A stretch of DNA of 63,409 nucleotides, filler included, from Sanchytrium tribonematis (taxonomy: Eukaryota), in the NCBI GenBank assembly GCA_018985235.1. It is 15 parts of 15 records of this genome, joined end to end, with 100 filler letters (N's around TTAATTAATTAA, not from the genome) between each part and the next. Parts side by side here need not be neighbours in the genome. Positions count along the whole stretch, not along the records: positions 45,685 to 48,567 come from JADGIG010000958.1; positions 48,668 to 51,548 come from JADGIG010000959.1; positions 51,649 to 54,523 come from JADGIG010000960.1; positions 54,624 to 57,491 come from JADGIG010000961.1; positions 57,592 to 60,458 come from JADGIG010000962.1; 10 more parts are not named here. One strand, given 5' to 3'. Shown in pieces: positions 46,996 through 57,831 of this stretch. Below the pieces are notes generated by a model. That model worked only from the letters and a program-made list of their open reading frames with translations. It was not told the DNA's origin and ran no database searches. Position numbers and translations under genes: made by a program. Positions within the stretch are counted from its first letter, which is position 1. Each line of letters opens with the position of its first letter.

Positions 46996-47685
46996 ATGAT
47001 TTTGATACTGCTATGTATGTTGTATGCAAAATCAAAGAAATCAAAGGGTCCTAAATCCCAATTAAATTCCCCAATTTTACCAAATCCAGCTCCATTATCC
47101 GCTGTCAATACGCCCATCACTACACCCACTATACCATTAAGTGGCCCATTAAATAGTGCAATAGTTCAATCCACTGCCATTCCTTCTCCAATTGCAAATC
47201 CAATTCCAATTGCAAATCCAACTGAAATTGCTCCCATCCCTCAAAATGCAACTGATTGTCAATCTGCATCCAATATCTACATATCCTGTGTCAATTCATA
47301 TCTAAAATCAGTCAACAAATCCAAATTTGAGGATGATGCATGTATTAAATGCCAATTCGAATATTCTCAAATGACTCAATATTGCACAGATGCAGATTAT
47401 CAACAAGATGTCACCTTATTCTATTCTTATATGAATTGCCATGTTGAAAATAGCAAATATTGTGGGAATGTGATGAATCAATTTCAATGTGATGAATGCG
47501 GCAAATTTTTGAGTATTAAATTAATAGATTATGGGTATTTGGATAAGTTACATGATAGTGTAGATGGTCAAGATATACATAAAGAGCAATATCAGACATG
47601 TAGCGGGAAAGCTATTGTCAATGAAAAGAGTGCTAGTTCCAATTTAAATGTATTTTTGAGTATTTTATTAATAAATCAAATTTAA
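46996..47685 (+). CDS. Secreted Pro-rich/Cys-rich, probably GPI-anchored protein
   Basis: MILILLCMLYA leader, P/T-rich stalk, Cys-rich domain, SASSNLNVFLSILLINQI tail. Confidence 0.65.
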   Translation: MILILLCMLYAKSKKSKGPKSQLNSPILPNPAPLSAVNTPITTPTIPLSGPLNSAIVQSTAIPSPIANPIPIANPTEIAPIPQNATDCQSASNIYISCVNSYLKSVNKSKFEDDACIKCQFEYSQMTQYCTDADYQQDVTLFYSYMNCHVENSKYCGNVMNQFQCDECGKFLSIKLIDYGYLDKLHDSVDGQDIHKEQYQTCSGKAIVNEKSASSNLNVFLSILLINQI

Positions 47686-47803
47686 AATATTAAAAGACTA
47701 AATGCACCAAAGATTGCAAACAGGTAAATGCTTGCATATTCCGTTTACCATTAATTTATTACAAGATATTTGTACATTCAAAGGGTGAAACAAGTACAAT
47801 TTC

Positions 47804-48567
47804 ATGAATGATTTGCCAATTGGAATCATTGGAGGTGGCATATCTGGATTAGCATTAGCCATATCACTCCAAAAACATGGTATTAAATGTATTATATTTG
47901 AAAAAGATGAAAATATGAATTCTAGATCACAGGGATATGGATTGACACTCCAACAGGGTGGTAAAGTATTTAAAAAACTCAATTTATTAAACCAAATACA
48001 ATCCAGATGCTGTTTAAGTCACTCACACTATATATTTAATGAAAATGGAGAAATGGTATTAGGATGGGGATCATTTGCCAATTTAGATGAGAATGAGACA
48101 TGGAATCCGTCTTATAATTGTCATATAGCACGACAAGAGCTACGAGATTGCTTTATTCATGCATTAAATCCAGATTTAGTGACTATAAAATGGAATAAAG
48201 AATTAATTTCATTTTCTGAATCTGACCATGTTGACATTACATTTAAAGACAATACGACCTATCAAGTATCATTATTAGCTGGATGTGATGGGATTTATTC
48301 AAAAGTACGCCAATTAATATTACCAAATCAATCACTCAATTTCTTAAAGACTTTTGTGATGCTTGGAATTGTAAAATATCAAACACAAATGCATCAACGA
48401 GTGATTCAAATGTCTAATGGATCTACTAGGATATTCTGTATGCCATTTAACAAGGTAGAAATGATGTGGCAACTCTCTTTTCCAATATCTCATGAAAATG
48501 AAGTAAATGGTGATTTGCAGCAGATAGCACTGGATCAATGTCATGGATTTTATCCAACCATTATTAA
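47804..48567 (+). CDS. FAD-dependent monooxygenase, 3' truncated
   Basis: IIGGGISGLALA, IFEKD, QGYGLTLQQ, GCDGIYSKVR. Confidence 0.88.
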
Positions 48568-48976
48568 NNNNNNNNNNNNNNNNNNNNNNNNNNNNNNNNN
48601 NNNNNNNNNNNTTAATTAATTAANNNNNNNNNNNNNNNNNNNNNNNNNNNNNNNNNNNNNNNNNNNNTATTAAAACACATCAATCATCCTAGTGACAGCA
48701 GCACGTGACAATTCACACTTGAATGCAACATAATCATCATTTACATGTTGTTGAATGAATCTATTCATGTCAAATGCCAAATCATCCCTGGATTTGCCTG
48801 ATTGATAGACATTGACTGGATCCTGGTAAAAATGCTGCTTGATATCTACTCTTGTATAATTTCTCTAGTATTTTAGTATTATCGGTGTTTATTGGTTTTT
48901 GAGGCATTATCCACCTTTGCGATGGGGTGAATGACTGATTGGATAAATGATTTGGGTAAAATAAGATGGGTTTGGA

Positions 48977-49597
48977 TTACATGGAATAAATGGAGTAGCT
49001 TATAACTCTACTGATGAGTGGATATGTCTTGTATATTTGGTATGGGAGTGGTGTCATCAATCTATCTATCACAGAATTCTGCACATAAATCATTTCCTTT
49101 GGTGAAATCCAAATTGAATTGAATGAAAATTTCTTCTTTTTGGCAAATGAAGTCGTGTTCAGCAAATCACTCTTGGGCACTTCATTTCTAGTATTTTGGA
49201 GTGATGCAAAGCATTCTTTACGTGATTGGTGGTAATTTTGGATGAAATTGATGGAATTATCTGGTGTCATGTTTGATTCAAATAATTGGGTAAATGCAGC
49301 TGTATACTCATGCTCTGGGATATGATATGACCTACCACTAGACATGTCTATGATACTGGTAGCACTGCGTTTGAGGATATCACAGAGCAATTTCAGTGCT
49401 TCATCTAGTGATTTGTTGGATAATAGCGGAAAAAATGTATGTCTATCTATTCGTAATTTGGTTGATGTGCACTGTAAATATTGTGATCCGTGGGGAAATA
49501 TCTTGCAATTATATTCATCAAACTCGAATTCTTTGAATTTATACAACCGATGCTTTGCTTCTTTTGCTAAAATGATGTCTGAGTTGGTAATATCCAT
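48977..49597 (-). CDS. Hypothetical protein, possibly part of a frameshifted pseudogene spanning ~48668-49900
   Basis: 206-aa ORF with coding-like flanks in shifting frames; no family recognised. Confidence 0.35.
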   Translation of the reverse strand: MDITNSDIILAKEAKHRLYKFKEFEFDEYNCKIFPHGSQYLQCTSTKLRIDRHTFFPLLSNKSLDEALKLLCDILKRSATSIIDMSSGRSYHIPEHEYTAAFTQLFESNMTPDNSINFIQNYHQSRKECFASLQNTRNEVPKSDLLNTTSFAKKKKFSFNSIWISPKEMIYVQNSVIDRLMTPLPYQIYKTYPLISRVISYSIYSM

Positions 49598-51671
49598 ATT
49601 TATATGTGCAATAATGGGTGAAATTGAAGTTGCTGGCGGCTATTATTTAAATCTACAATATTCTGGTTGAAATCATCAATGTAGATGGCCGAAGGACCAC
49701 CAATTCTATAGAATCTATTGTAAAAGTAGTCAGATGCTGTCCCATTAATTATCAATTTTTTAAGTATATGATCGAATGACTGGGATTATACAATCATAAA
49801 GCCAGTATTGAACTTGTGATGATTAACTTCAATGGCCACATTATTTGTACATTTCTTTCCTCCAGAGTGTTATATAATAAAAAGATGGTAATGAGATAAA
49901 TCTACTGCATTTAGTCTCGGAAATCAAGATGAAATCTAATTAATTGTGTTGTAGGGATGATGAAATGTGTGATTTTTTCTCGCAAATCCCATTTGAATTA
50001 AAATATCCAAAATTTGAACCAGTTGAATGGATTGGGGGTGGGTTAATTGAGTCAAATACTCTAAAGTGACGGTGATAATAAATTGTTTTGAAGTCAATTA
50101 TGACTGAATCAAATCATCATGATTTATCACCAGTTTGCTATTTATGAATATCTTGTGTATATCTTTATCCCAAATTGGTAGGCATCTACTTAATTCAGTA
50201 CATTTTACTGGATAATTGATTGAAATAGTCATTTTGGATGAATTGAATAAATTAAGGAAAAATCACCGATACTCTGGTTTATTTCGGAAAGATTTACTTG
50301 TACAAGAATGCTCTTACTTTCCATTTTCTCGACTAATTTGTCAATTTCCTTTGATTCGACGCCATTCACCTTTAATGCTATCAATCACCGTACGGAATTT
50401 GATATTGTCATTCATCTCCAAGAAACTCAACAGATCTCCTTCTGAGTCATCCATCTCGTCTGTGAGATACCATTGATCAAAAACCCCAAATCTCATTTGA
50501 CCACTTATTCATTATGTTTTGGCGTTTTTGATCACTCAGATCGCTCATTGTACAATGAATGCTAAAATAAAGCTTACAAAGTTTGTTGAATGGCTTTTTT
50601 GGAGTGTGATTACTCGTCATGTCAACAGTGTGCAGTCCCAATATGGGAGCTGCATTGACCCCGAAATATTGGTAATATATGATAACCAATCACAGCCATC
50701 GTCAGAACACGTGATTGGTACGAGGGGTTCCCAAAACAAATAAATGCCGGCTCTCCCCCAAATAAATATCTTAATTCAGTTTAAAATGGTAGCGAGCGAA
50801 TAAAACAATCAACAACAAACCAGGAACAACAAATTGAATCTCCAATTCAACAAACACCTCAAGGTACAACAGGATTATTGACATCTCAACCACCAACTCC
50901 ACAGCACACTGTGGAAGAAAACCCAACATAAATGACCAACATGATCGAAGAATCAGAGGAAGAAAATCTACCGGAACTGAAATTCACCAAAGTGGATGTA
51001 GATCACTTTGATTCAATAAAGATGATTTTGATTGGACATGATGGAAGAATTTGGTAACAATTTGAAATGGAGTCCAACACGACTTTACATAGAGACCAAA
51101 TATGATTGTCATCAGGAGTTTTAAAGAAGTTAATTATCTCTTCAATGGTAAATGTTTACCAGTTTTCAGAATTTTTCTTACTTTGGGGGTAAAGCCGTCA
51201 ATGATTTACCCAGGCCGTCCACAAGGTTTGTTGGATCAATTTGACAATATGTCAGAGTGCATTAAATATACATCATCATCGCGCATCAAATTATCTACAA
51301 AAAATACATATAAGCAACATATTGAAGGCAAACCCCATTTATTTCTCAGTACAATTGCAAATTCAAGGCTAACATAACCAATCTTCCAAATACTAGCCAT
51401 TTCCAAGACTACGCCGATCTATTAGTGCTGTGTTTTCAGCTTCGAACACGAAATGGCAATGATGAGCAAGTTGGAATACCAATTTCAGAGAGTGGTAAAC
51501 CCCTTGATGTTGGAACTGGTTGGGTATGTTATTCTGCTATTAAAGATTNNNNNNNNNNNNNNNNNNNNNNNNNNNNNNNNNNNNNNNNNNNNTTAATTAA
51601 TTAANNNNNNNNNNNNNNNNNNNNNNNNNNNNNNNNNNNNNNNNNNNNCACTTTTCAAAAAAACTGTTTCA

Positions 51672-52617
51672 ATGAATTTTATTCTTTCCGTTATACATTA
51701 TATGGCACCATTTGCAGAAACGGTTTCAGACAAAAATAAAAATGATAAATTACAGCAAAGGTTACTTACGATCGAATTGGAAGCACTTCAACCTCCGGAA
51801 GAGGGAAGAACTAGTTTAATTAGTTCGAAAAAAAGTGAGATTACCAGTACCAGTGATAAAGATACAACAAATATTGCGAAAAACATCACGCTTTCTAACC
51901 CAGAAGCACTGGTTGATACTGAAATTTTTAGAAAAGAGGTAAAAGATTTGAGCACCGATTTGGAAAAATTAAAATTAGAAATGCAAAATCTTAACACGGA
52001 ATGCTCCAAAATTTCTCAATATCTATTTAAAATGGAAAACAGCATTAAAAATTTAAAAACTTTAGAAGCTGAGTTTTATGAATTCAAATTGTATTTTGAA
52101 TCAAGATTTCAGCAAGAGTTGGATACCCAAATTGACAAATGCGTTAAAAGATATATTTGCGATCTGCAAAATGGAATTTCATTGCACCTGCAAGAATTGA
52201 AAACTGGAATTGAAGAAAATACTGCTCAAAATAGATACACTCTTGACCAACAAAAGGCAAATCATACAAACCTGCAGGGATCCTTTTCAATTTTAGAAAC
52301 AAATCTAAAACAGCTACGATTAGACTCAGAAAACGAACACCGTAATTCTTTAAAACGCTTAGAACACAGAGATGCAGCTTTAAAAGAAGTTTATGAAAGA
52401 ATTAATGGATTCGACCAACGGCTTAGATCTATTGAGCAATTATCACAAAATCAAGCATTTCAAAGTAAAGAAGTTTACTATGTATGAAAGTGGCTTGAAA
52501 AACTCCCCAAGTGGATGCCCTGCAATTTTGATCACTGGAGAGCGTAAAGGTCAGCGTTGCAATCGTCCCATTACAAGCGGAGCTTATTGCGGTCTTAATC
52601 ATAGAGAGAAACAATAA
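51672..52617 (+). CDS. Coiled-coil protein with C-terminal C-x12-C-x9-C-x3-H zinc finger, joined by a probable 19-nt GC-AG intron 52455-52473
   Basis: Long heptad region; removing GCATTTCAAAGTAAAGAAG gives SQNQ|FTMYESG...CPAILITGERKGQRCNRPITSGAYCGLNH. Confidence 0.6.
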
Positions 52618-52950
52618 ATTTAAAAAAAATCTCATCTATTCCATAAATGTATTTTATTTGCTTATTTTAGAGCCATGTCGAACTATTTTACAATTTCTAC
52701 TCAGTAGTTTCTCGCATTGATGCATTTGATTGCATTTATAACCAACATCACAATTATTTCAATTTTTACATGATTTTACTGCCCATGTCAAAAACATCAA
52801 AATATAAATCATGTTGTGCATAATATTTATGATTTCTGTAAATGTATCTTTTGACCTTTGCATAATCATATCATTGGTGCGTTGAAATTATAATTATCAT
52901 AAATTGTGACTTGCGATGAATAAATCAATCAAAACATCATTTTATTCAAC

Positions 52951-54084
52951 TTAATGCTTTTTATAGCATCTTCTTGGACTTGTAGATCCACTTGCAATTG
53001 GAATTGGATTTGAACCAATTGTTGCATTTCCACCACTTAATCCTGTTGGTGATGAACTAGGTGCGACATTGCCACCATTTCCAGTATCTGCACTTTGTGG
53101 AGCTGTGGAAGGCGTGGATGGAGCAGCATTGTTGCTGGTAGAATTGTAATTGTTAAGTGGCGTGGGAGAGGCATTACCAGTTTCAACAGGAGAAGATGGT
53201 ACTGGTGGTAGACTAGGGGTGCCTTGATAGCCACTTCCAAATGGACCAGTTACAGGCAATCTGCTTAAAGTGGATAAATAATCAAATGTGTCATCACATC
53301 CCATTTGAGGGGCTGTTTTGATAGCTACTGGGGTGGAATCATTTGATGGATTACCAGGAATACCTTTGTATTCCATAGATCCAGAGGTAGTAGGGTGTTT
53401 GTAAATTTGATCCACTGGTAAAAAGAATTTGTTGGTTTCATTTAAATTGCCGTATAAAACACAGAAACCATAAATGCCCTTGTCTTGCACATTTCCTTGC
53501 ACAATGACATCCCAACAAGTGGAATACATTTCTGATCTGCCATGGGCACTAAACCAGGTCCACATCATCACTGCTTCTCCACTTGGAAGTTGATCAGGTA
53601 ATTTGAATTCCCACTCAGAAGTAGAATCTGGACATCTGCCTTCATACTGCGCAATCACGACGAAATCAGACCATTGCGGATTCACACCTTCTGGTGTTTG
53701 CGTATAAGTCATTGAAATTTGACAATATCCACCCTTGTGGCGTGGTCCACCATCCCAATCTCCAGTGTCTGCCATTATTTTCTTACCCTGTGACATGACA
53801 CTGACTTGTTGGCCTTCAATCGTGCCAGAATTACACTCTGGTCGGAAATCCAAAGTGAGGGAATCACCTGGTTTCACAGTGTGTGGATTTGGTGATTTGG
53901 TAGTTGTGTTTCTGCATACTGCATATTTCCAATTACCCGGATCCCTGAATACTAAATCAACATGATCTAATGGATAGAAACTATTGTGGTCTCCATTTGG
54001 AGAATCCCTCATTTCCCTATAATCTCCATTGAGAGCGACATAAGTTGTTTGACAATGCGATAATACTGTTGTTGCGAATAACAT
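52951..54084 (-). CDS. AA11-like lytic polysaccharide monooxygenase with P/S/T-rich tail
   Basis: His at residue 10 after a short leader; HKGGYCQISMTY, EGRCP, LPSGEAVMMWTWF, EMYSTC match the AA11 pattern HGGGSCQ..WTWFN..EMYMNC. Confidence 0.8.
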   Translation of the reverse strand: MLFATTVLSHCQTTYVALNGDYREMRDSPNGDHNSFYPLDHVDLVFRDPGNWKYAVCRNTTTKSPNPHTVKPGDSLTLDFRPECNSGTIEGQQVSVMSQGKKIMADTGDWDGGPRHKGGYCQISMTYTQTPEGVNPQWSDFVVIAQYEGRCPDSTSEWEFKLPDQLPSGEAVMMWTWFSAHGRSEMYSTCWDVIVQGNVQDKGIYGFCVLYGNLNETNKFFLPVDQIYKHPTTSGSMEYKGIPGNPSNDSTPVAIKTAPQMGCDDTFDYLSTLSRLPVTGPFGSGYQGTPSLPPVPSSPVETGNASPTPLNNYNSTSNNAAPSTPSTAPQSADTGNGGNVAPSSSPTGLSGGNATIGSNPIPIASGSTSPRRCYKKH

Positions 54085-54624
54085 AATAATGGGTATTGAA
54101 ATTCTTTAAATCCCAAGGCAATATATCTAGCGAATCAAAATACCTTGAAAAAACCTTGCCCCGTTCTTGACAGTACCAATGAAGAACGTTGTCGTAGGGC
54201 AATCAGAGAAACAAAATGAGCTAATTAATAAATATGTTTGGCCGCTAATGGGTAAAATGAGCGATTTTTCATTGAAAATATTGTGAATATCTTGATTTAC
54301 CCACAAATTAAAATGAAGAAACCCAATTTGAAACATATTGAAGTTATATTCAGTGGAAGACATTTATACAAATCTAAACTTCATATGAATACTTTGACAT
54401 GTTCTTTTTTTCCATCTCACTATGAAACACTCGCTCTCCAATTTTGCAAATTACTTCACGCCAAATGTAGATACGCTATTCTACGTTGAAGATGCTCCAA
54501 ATGGTCTTAATGTCATCTTTAATNNNNNNNNNNNNNNNNNNNNNNNNNNNNNNNNNNNNNNNNNNNNTTAATTAATTAANNNNNNNNNNNNNNNNNNNNN
54601 NNNNNNNNNNNNNNNNNNNNNNNT

Positions 54625-54912
54625 ACTGGAACGACATCTCCAAGTGATCAATCTGTTCAAGCAGCTCTACAGAATCCAGAAGTACAAGCCGCTTTACAAC
54701 AGCAATTTGGTAGTGGTAGTGGTAACGGTACTGTGGACCCATCTGTATTATTAGGAGCTGCCTCATTAAGTCAAAACAACTTGACGACTGATGGGTCACT
54801 CGATAACTCAACAGATAATGTAGACCCAAAAGACTCAAACTCAAAAACAACCTCCCCATCTGCTATTACCCAGATATCCATTGGATTTTTATCAGTATTA
54901 TTTTTACAATAA
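54625..54912 (+). CDS. Small putative GPI-anchored protein, 5' truncated (not in the ORF track)
   Basis: Open frame TGTTSPSDQSVQAALQNPEVQAALQQQFGSG...PSAITQISIGFLSVLFLQ*. Confidence 0.65.
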   Translation, partial: TGTTSPSDQSVQAALQNPEVQAALQQQFGSGSGNGTVDPSVLLGAASLSQNNLTTDGSLDNSTDNVDPKDSNSKTTSPSAITQISIGFLSVLFLQ

Positions 54913-54998
54913 ATTTGACTTTTTGAGACGTTTCACGGTTCAAACATCACGTCTTTGAATGACCAAACCATTAAAATACCGACGTTGGTACTTCAAAC

Positions 54999-55232
54999 AT
55001 GTTGTTTTTAAATCTATTTTACGCAGCAAGTAACAATACAGATACTGGAAACCATACTGCAAAGCCATGGCATCCAAAATTGAGAAATACAACCCAGTCC
55101 GCCACCAACCAATCGAAATATAAACTTTATAGTCCAGGATCTAATAATGTAGATCCATTTCATTTCAATGCATTTGATAGTGCGGATCAGATTTCTAATT
55201 TGATGATGCTAACATTTTTGGGGCTCATGTGA
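54999..55232 (+). CDS. Small secreted/GPI-anchored protein (77 aa)
   Basis: MLFLNLFYA leader, N-glycosylation sequons, hydrophobic C-tail. Confidence 0.65.
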   Translation: MLFLNLFYAASNNTDTGNHTAKPWHPKLRNTTQSATNQSKYKLYSPGSNNVDPFHFNAFDSADQISNLMMLTFLGLM

Positions 55233-55317
55233 ATAAATAACGTCGTTGATGATTTTTGACCGTGATGCTCACATGAGACTACGAATTTATATAAGAGCAA
55301 ATTCGTATCATGTTTGT

Positions 55318-55539
55318 ATGTTGTTTGTCACTTTGGTATTCAGTAAATCCTTCAAGCATCGCAGCAGAAAGAATTTTACTTCAAACTCTTTAACTGATTC
55401 CAACAATTCTACCAATACGACCAATTCCAACACCACTCATTTGCACTCTGACCCGTACGCATATGATGCATCTAAATACAGTGCATCCAGTACACTAAGC
55501 AACATACTAACAGTCTCTATCATTAATTTTATTCAATAA
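55318..55539 (+). CDS. Small secreted/GPI-anchored protein (73 aa)
   Basis: TATATAAG about 25 bp upstream, MLFVTLVFS leader, N/T/S-rich core, hydrophobic tail. Confidence 0.65.
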   Translation: MLFVTLVFSKSFKHRSRKNFTSNSLTDSNNSTNTTNSNTTHLHSDPYAYDASKYSASSTLSNILTVSIINFIQ

Positions 55540-55622
55540 AATCTCGTTTATAACTAACTTAATATTGATTTTAAGACAGCAATATTTTAAATTAAAAGTC
55601 TATTTGACTAAGATGTAATAAT

Positions 55623-55895
55623 TTATTGCAAAAAGAAAGTCGCTAATACAATTGTGGCGGATATGGAGGATCCTGATGAGTATTTGTATTGCTCGTCGCT
55701 CGATGGGGCTTTTTGATTGTTGGATGTAGCTAATTTGGCCAAAGTCGGATCCTGAATGGAACTAGATTGTGTAGATCCACTACGTAGAGCAGCCAGAGCA
55801 TCAGTTATTGTTTTCGAGGAGCCTGCCGTCGATAGTTGTTCTTTAAGCGCATCGGTATTTGAAGTTGGCGCAGCAAAAAGTAAAGTGAATAACAT
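55623..55895 (-). CDS. Small secreted/GPI-anchored protein (90 aa)
   Basis: MLFTLLFA leader; SSGSSISATIVLATFFLQ tail. Confidence 0.7.
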   Translation of the reverse strand: MLFTLLFAAPTSNTDALKEQLSTAGSSKTITDALAALRSGSTQSSSIQDPTLAKLATSNNQKAPSSDEQYKYSSGSSISATIVLATFFLQ

Positions 55896-56143
55896 TTGAG
55901 CGGTGATAGAGTTGTGGTCCTTTTGAACAAAGACAAAGTCAATTAAATGTCCTTGATTGGCTCAAGGAATCTGCAAGCACCGCTTAATAAAACGAAACAA
56001 ATCAAAGAGTCTGATTCTATATGAGAGGTAATTTCTCGATCTTCAATCATTTGATGACTTAACACTGTGCCAATGTAATAGAGAATCATTTCAAACGACC
56101 CAAACATTCAAAGGAGACAGGGTCAAGTTAGGAGCAAATCGCA

Positions 56144-56518
56144 ATGAGTAACCCAAAAGCATTTCCATTAGCCGACAACAAATTAACAACCGAACTGTTA
56201 GATTTAGTACAACAATCTGCTCATTACAAGCAATTGAAGCGAGGTGCCAATGAAGCAACCAAAACATTGAACCGTGGTACAGCAGAATTGATCATTTTGA
56301 CAGCAGACACTGATCCGATCGAGATTTTGTTGCATTTGCCATTGTTATGTGAAGATAAGAATGTCCCTTATGTCTTTGTGCCTTCTAAAACTGCTTTAGG
56401 ACGTGCATGTGGCGTCAGCAGACCCGTCATTGCATGTAGTGTAGTAGGAAATGAAGCATCTCAATTAAAACAATTGATTCGTGACTTGAGAGTGAAGATT
56501 GAGCAATTATTGATTTAA
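56144..56518 (+). CDS. SNU13: Snu13/15.5K kink-turn RNA-binding protein
   Basis: [40 protein letters not shown]. Confidence 0.96.
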   Translation: MSNPKAFPLADNKLTTELLDLVQQSAHYKQLKRGANEATKTLNRGTAELIILTADTDPIEILLHLPLLCEDKNVPYVFVPSKTALGRACGVSRPVIACSVVGNEASQLKQLIRDLRVKIEQLLI

Positions 56519-56555
56519 TAAAAATCCAATTTCGGCAAATTGTCTCAACTCCTTT

Positions 56556-56567
56556 TCACGTGTTTTT
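56556..56567 (+). promoter_or_regulatory. TCACGTGTTTTT (Cbf1/bHLH-type E-box) upstream of RPS5
   Basis: Identical to the motif upstream of RPL29. Confidence 0.55.
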
Positions 56568-56600
56568 ATTCTCCAAATTTACCAAATCCATTCCAAATCA

Positions 56601-57200
56601 ATGGCTCTCCCTCAAGAATTATTAGAAAGTGAAGCACAAATCAAATTATTTAACAAATGGACTTTTGAAGACATCGAATGCAAAGATATTGCCCTCGTTG
56701 ACTACATTTCCGTCAAAAAACCAGTATACATTCCCCATTCTGCTGGTAGATATGCCGTTAAAAGATTCAGAAAAGCAAATTGCCCAATTGTAGAAAGATT
56801 AACCAATTCTCTGATGATGTACGGTAGAAATAATGGTAAGAAATTAATGGCTCAAAGAATCGTAGAAGATTCTTTCGATATTATCCATTTGATGACTGGC
56901 GAGAACCCCTTACAAGTCACTGTAGATGCTATTATGAATTCTGGTCCTCGTGAAGATTCCACTAGAATTGGTGGCGGTGGCGCCGTCAGAAGACAAGCTG
57001 TGGATGTCTCCCCATTGCGTCGTGTCAATCAAGCAATCCATTTGATCACTTCTGGTACCCGTACTAGTGCATTTAGATCCATTAAAACTGTCGCAGAATG
57101 TTTAGCTGAAGAATTAACAAATGCTGCCAAAGGATCTTCCAGTTCTTACGCCATCAGAAAGAAGGATGAATTGGAAAGAGTTGCGAAGAGTAACCGTTAA
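56601..57200 (+). CDS. RPS5: 40S ribosomal protein S5 (uS7)
   Basis: [36 protein letters not shown]. Confidence 0.97.
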   Translation: MALPQELLESEAQIKLFNKWTFEDIECKDIALVDYISVKKPVYIPHSAGRYAVKRFRKANCPIVERLTNSLMMYGRNNGKKLMAQRIVEDSFDIIHLMTGENPLQVTVDAIMNSGPREDSTRIGGGGAVRRQAVDVSPLRRVNQAIHLITSGTRTSAFRSIKTVAECLAEELTNAAKGSSSSYAIRKKDELERVAKSNR

Positions 57201-57831
57201 AAAATAAACTATTTCATTTGCCGTTTGTTTGTCCATGTCATTTATTAGTGTGCCATGCGATTTCATCGGCAGCATCTTGAAACCATTTAAACGCAAGCAA
57301 TTCTGTTGTAGTCGGAATCTTCTTGACATCGCAATTCATTGTGGCAACAAGTACTTTTTTCAGATGCCTAAATGCATCTCCTGCCATTTTAATTCCAATA
57401 TCCTCTTGATTCGTCTGAAAACATAATCCAACAAAAATGGATTCACCATAAATCATTTTAAACAGCATGTAATACATTAATCTGCCATAATNNNNNNNNN
57501 NNNNNNNNNNNNNNNNNNNNNNNNNNNNNNNNNNNTTAATTAATTAANNNNNNNNNNNNNNNNNNNNNNNNNNNNNNNNNNNNNNNNNNNNAAGTCCTGA
57601 TTCAACTTTTCTAACTATTTTCATCATCTCTGGAGAGCAAGTCTTTTGTTGGGGAACACTTAGTAGCTGAAAATCACTTACAAAATAAATCCCTTTAAAT
57701 ATTTCGTGCATAGGTTAGGGACGGCTATTACTTTTATATAAGAGGCTGGGAACTCTAAAACAATGAACTAAATTTAGATATCTTGACCCCACAAAGAAAA
57801 AGGAAAACAATTTACTTCAAAGAATCACGCC

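Noticed and set aside
55960..56140. Box C/D snoRNA or snRNA upstream of SNU13 (TGATGA at ~56052)
   Set aside because: No downstream CTGA box, terminal stem or recognisable guide or snRNA sequence.
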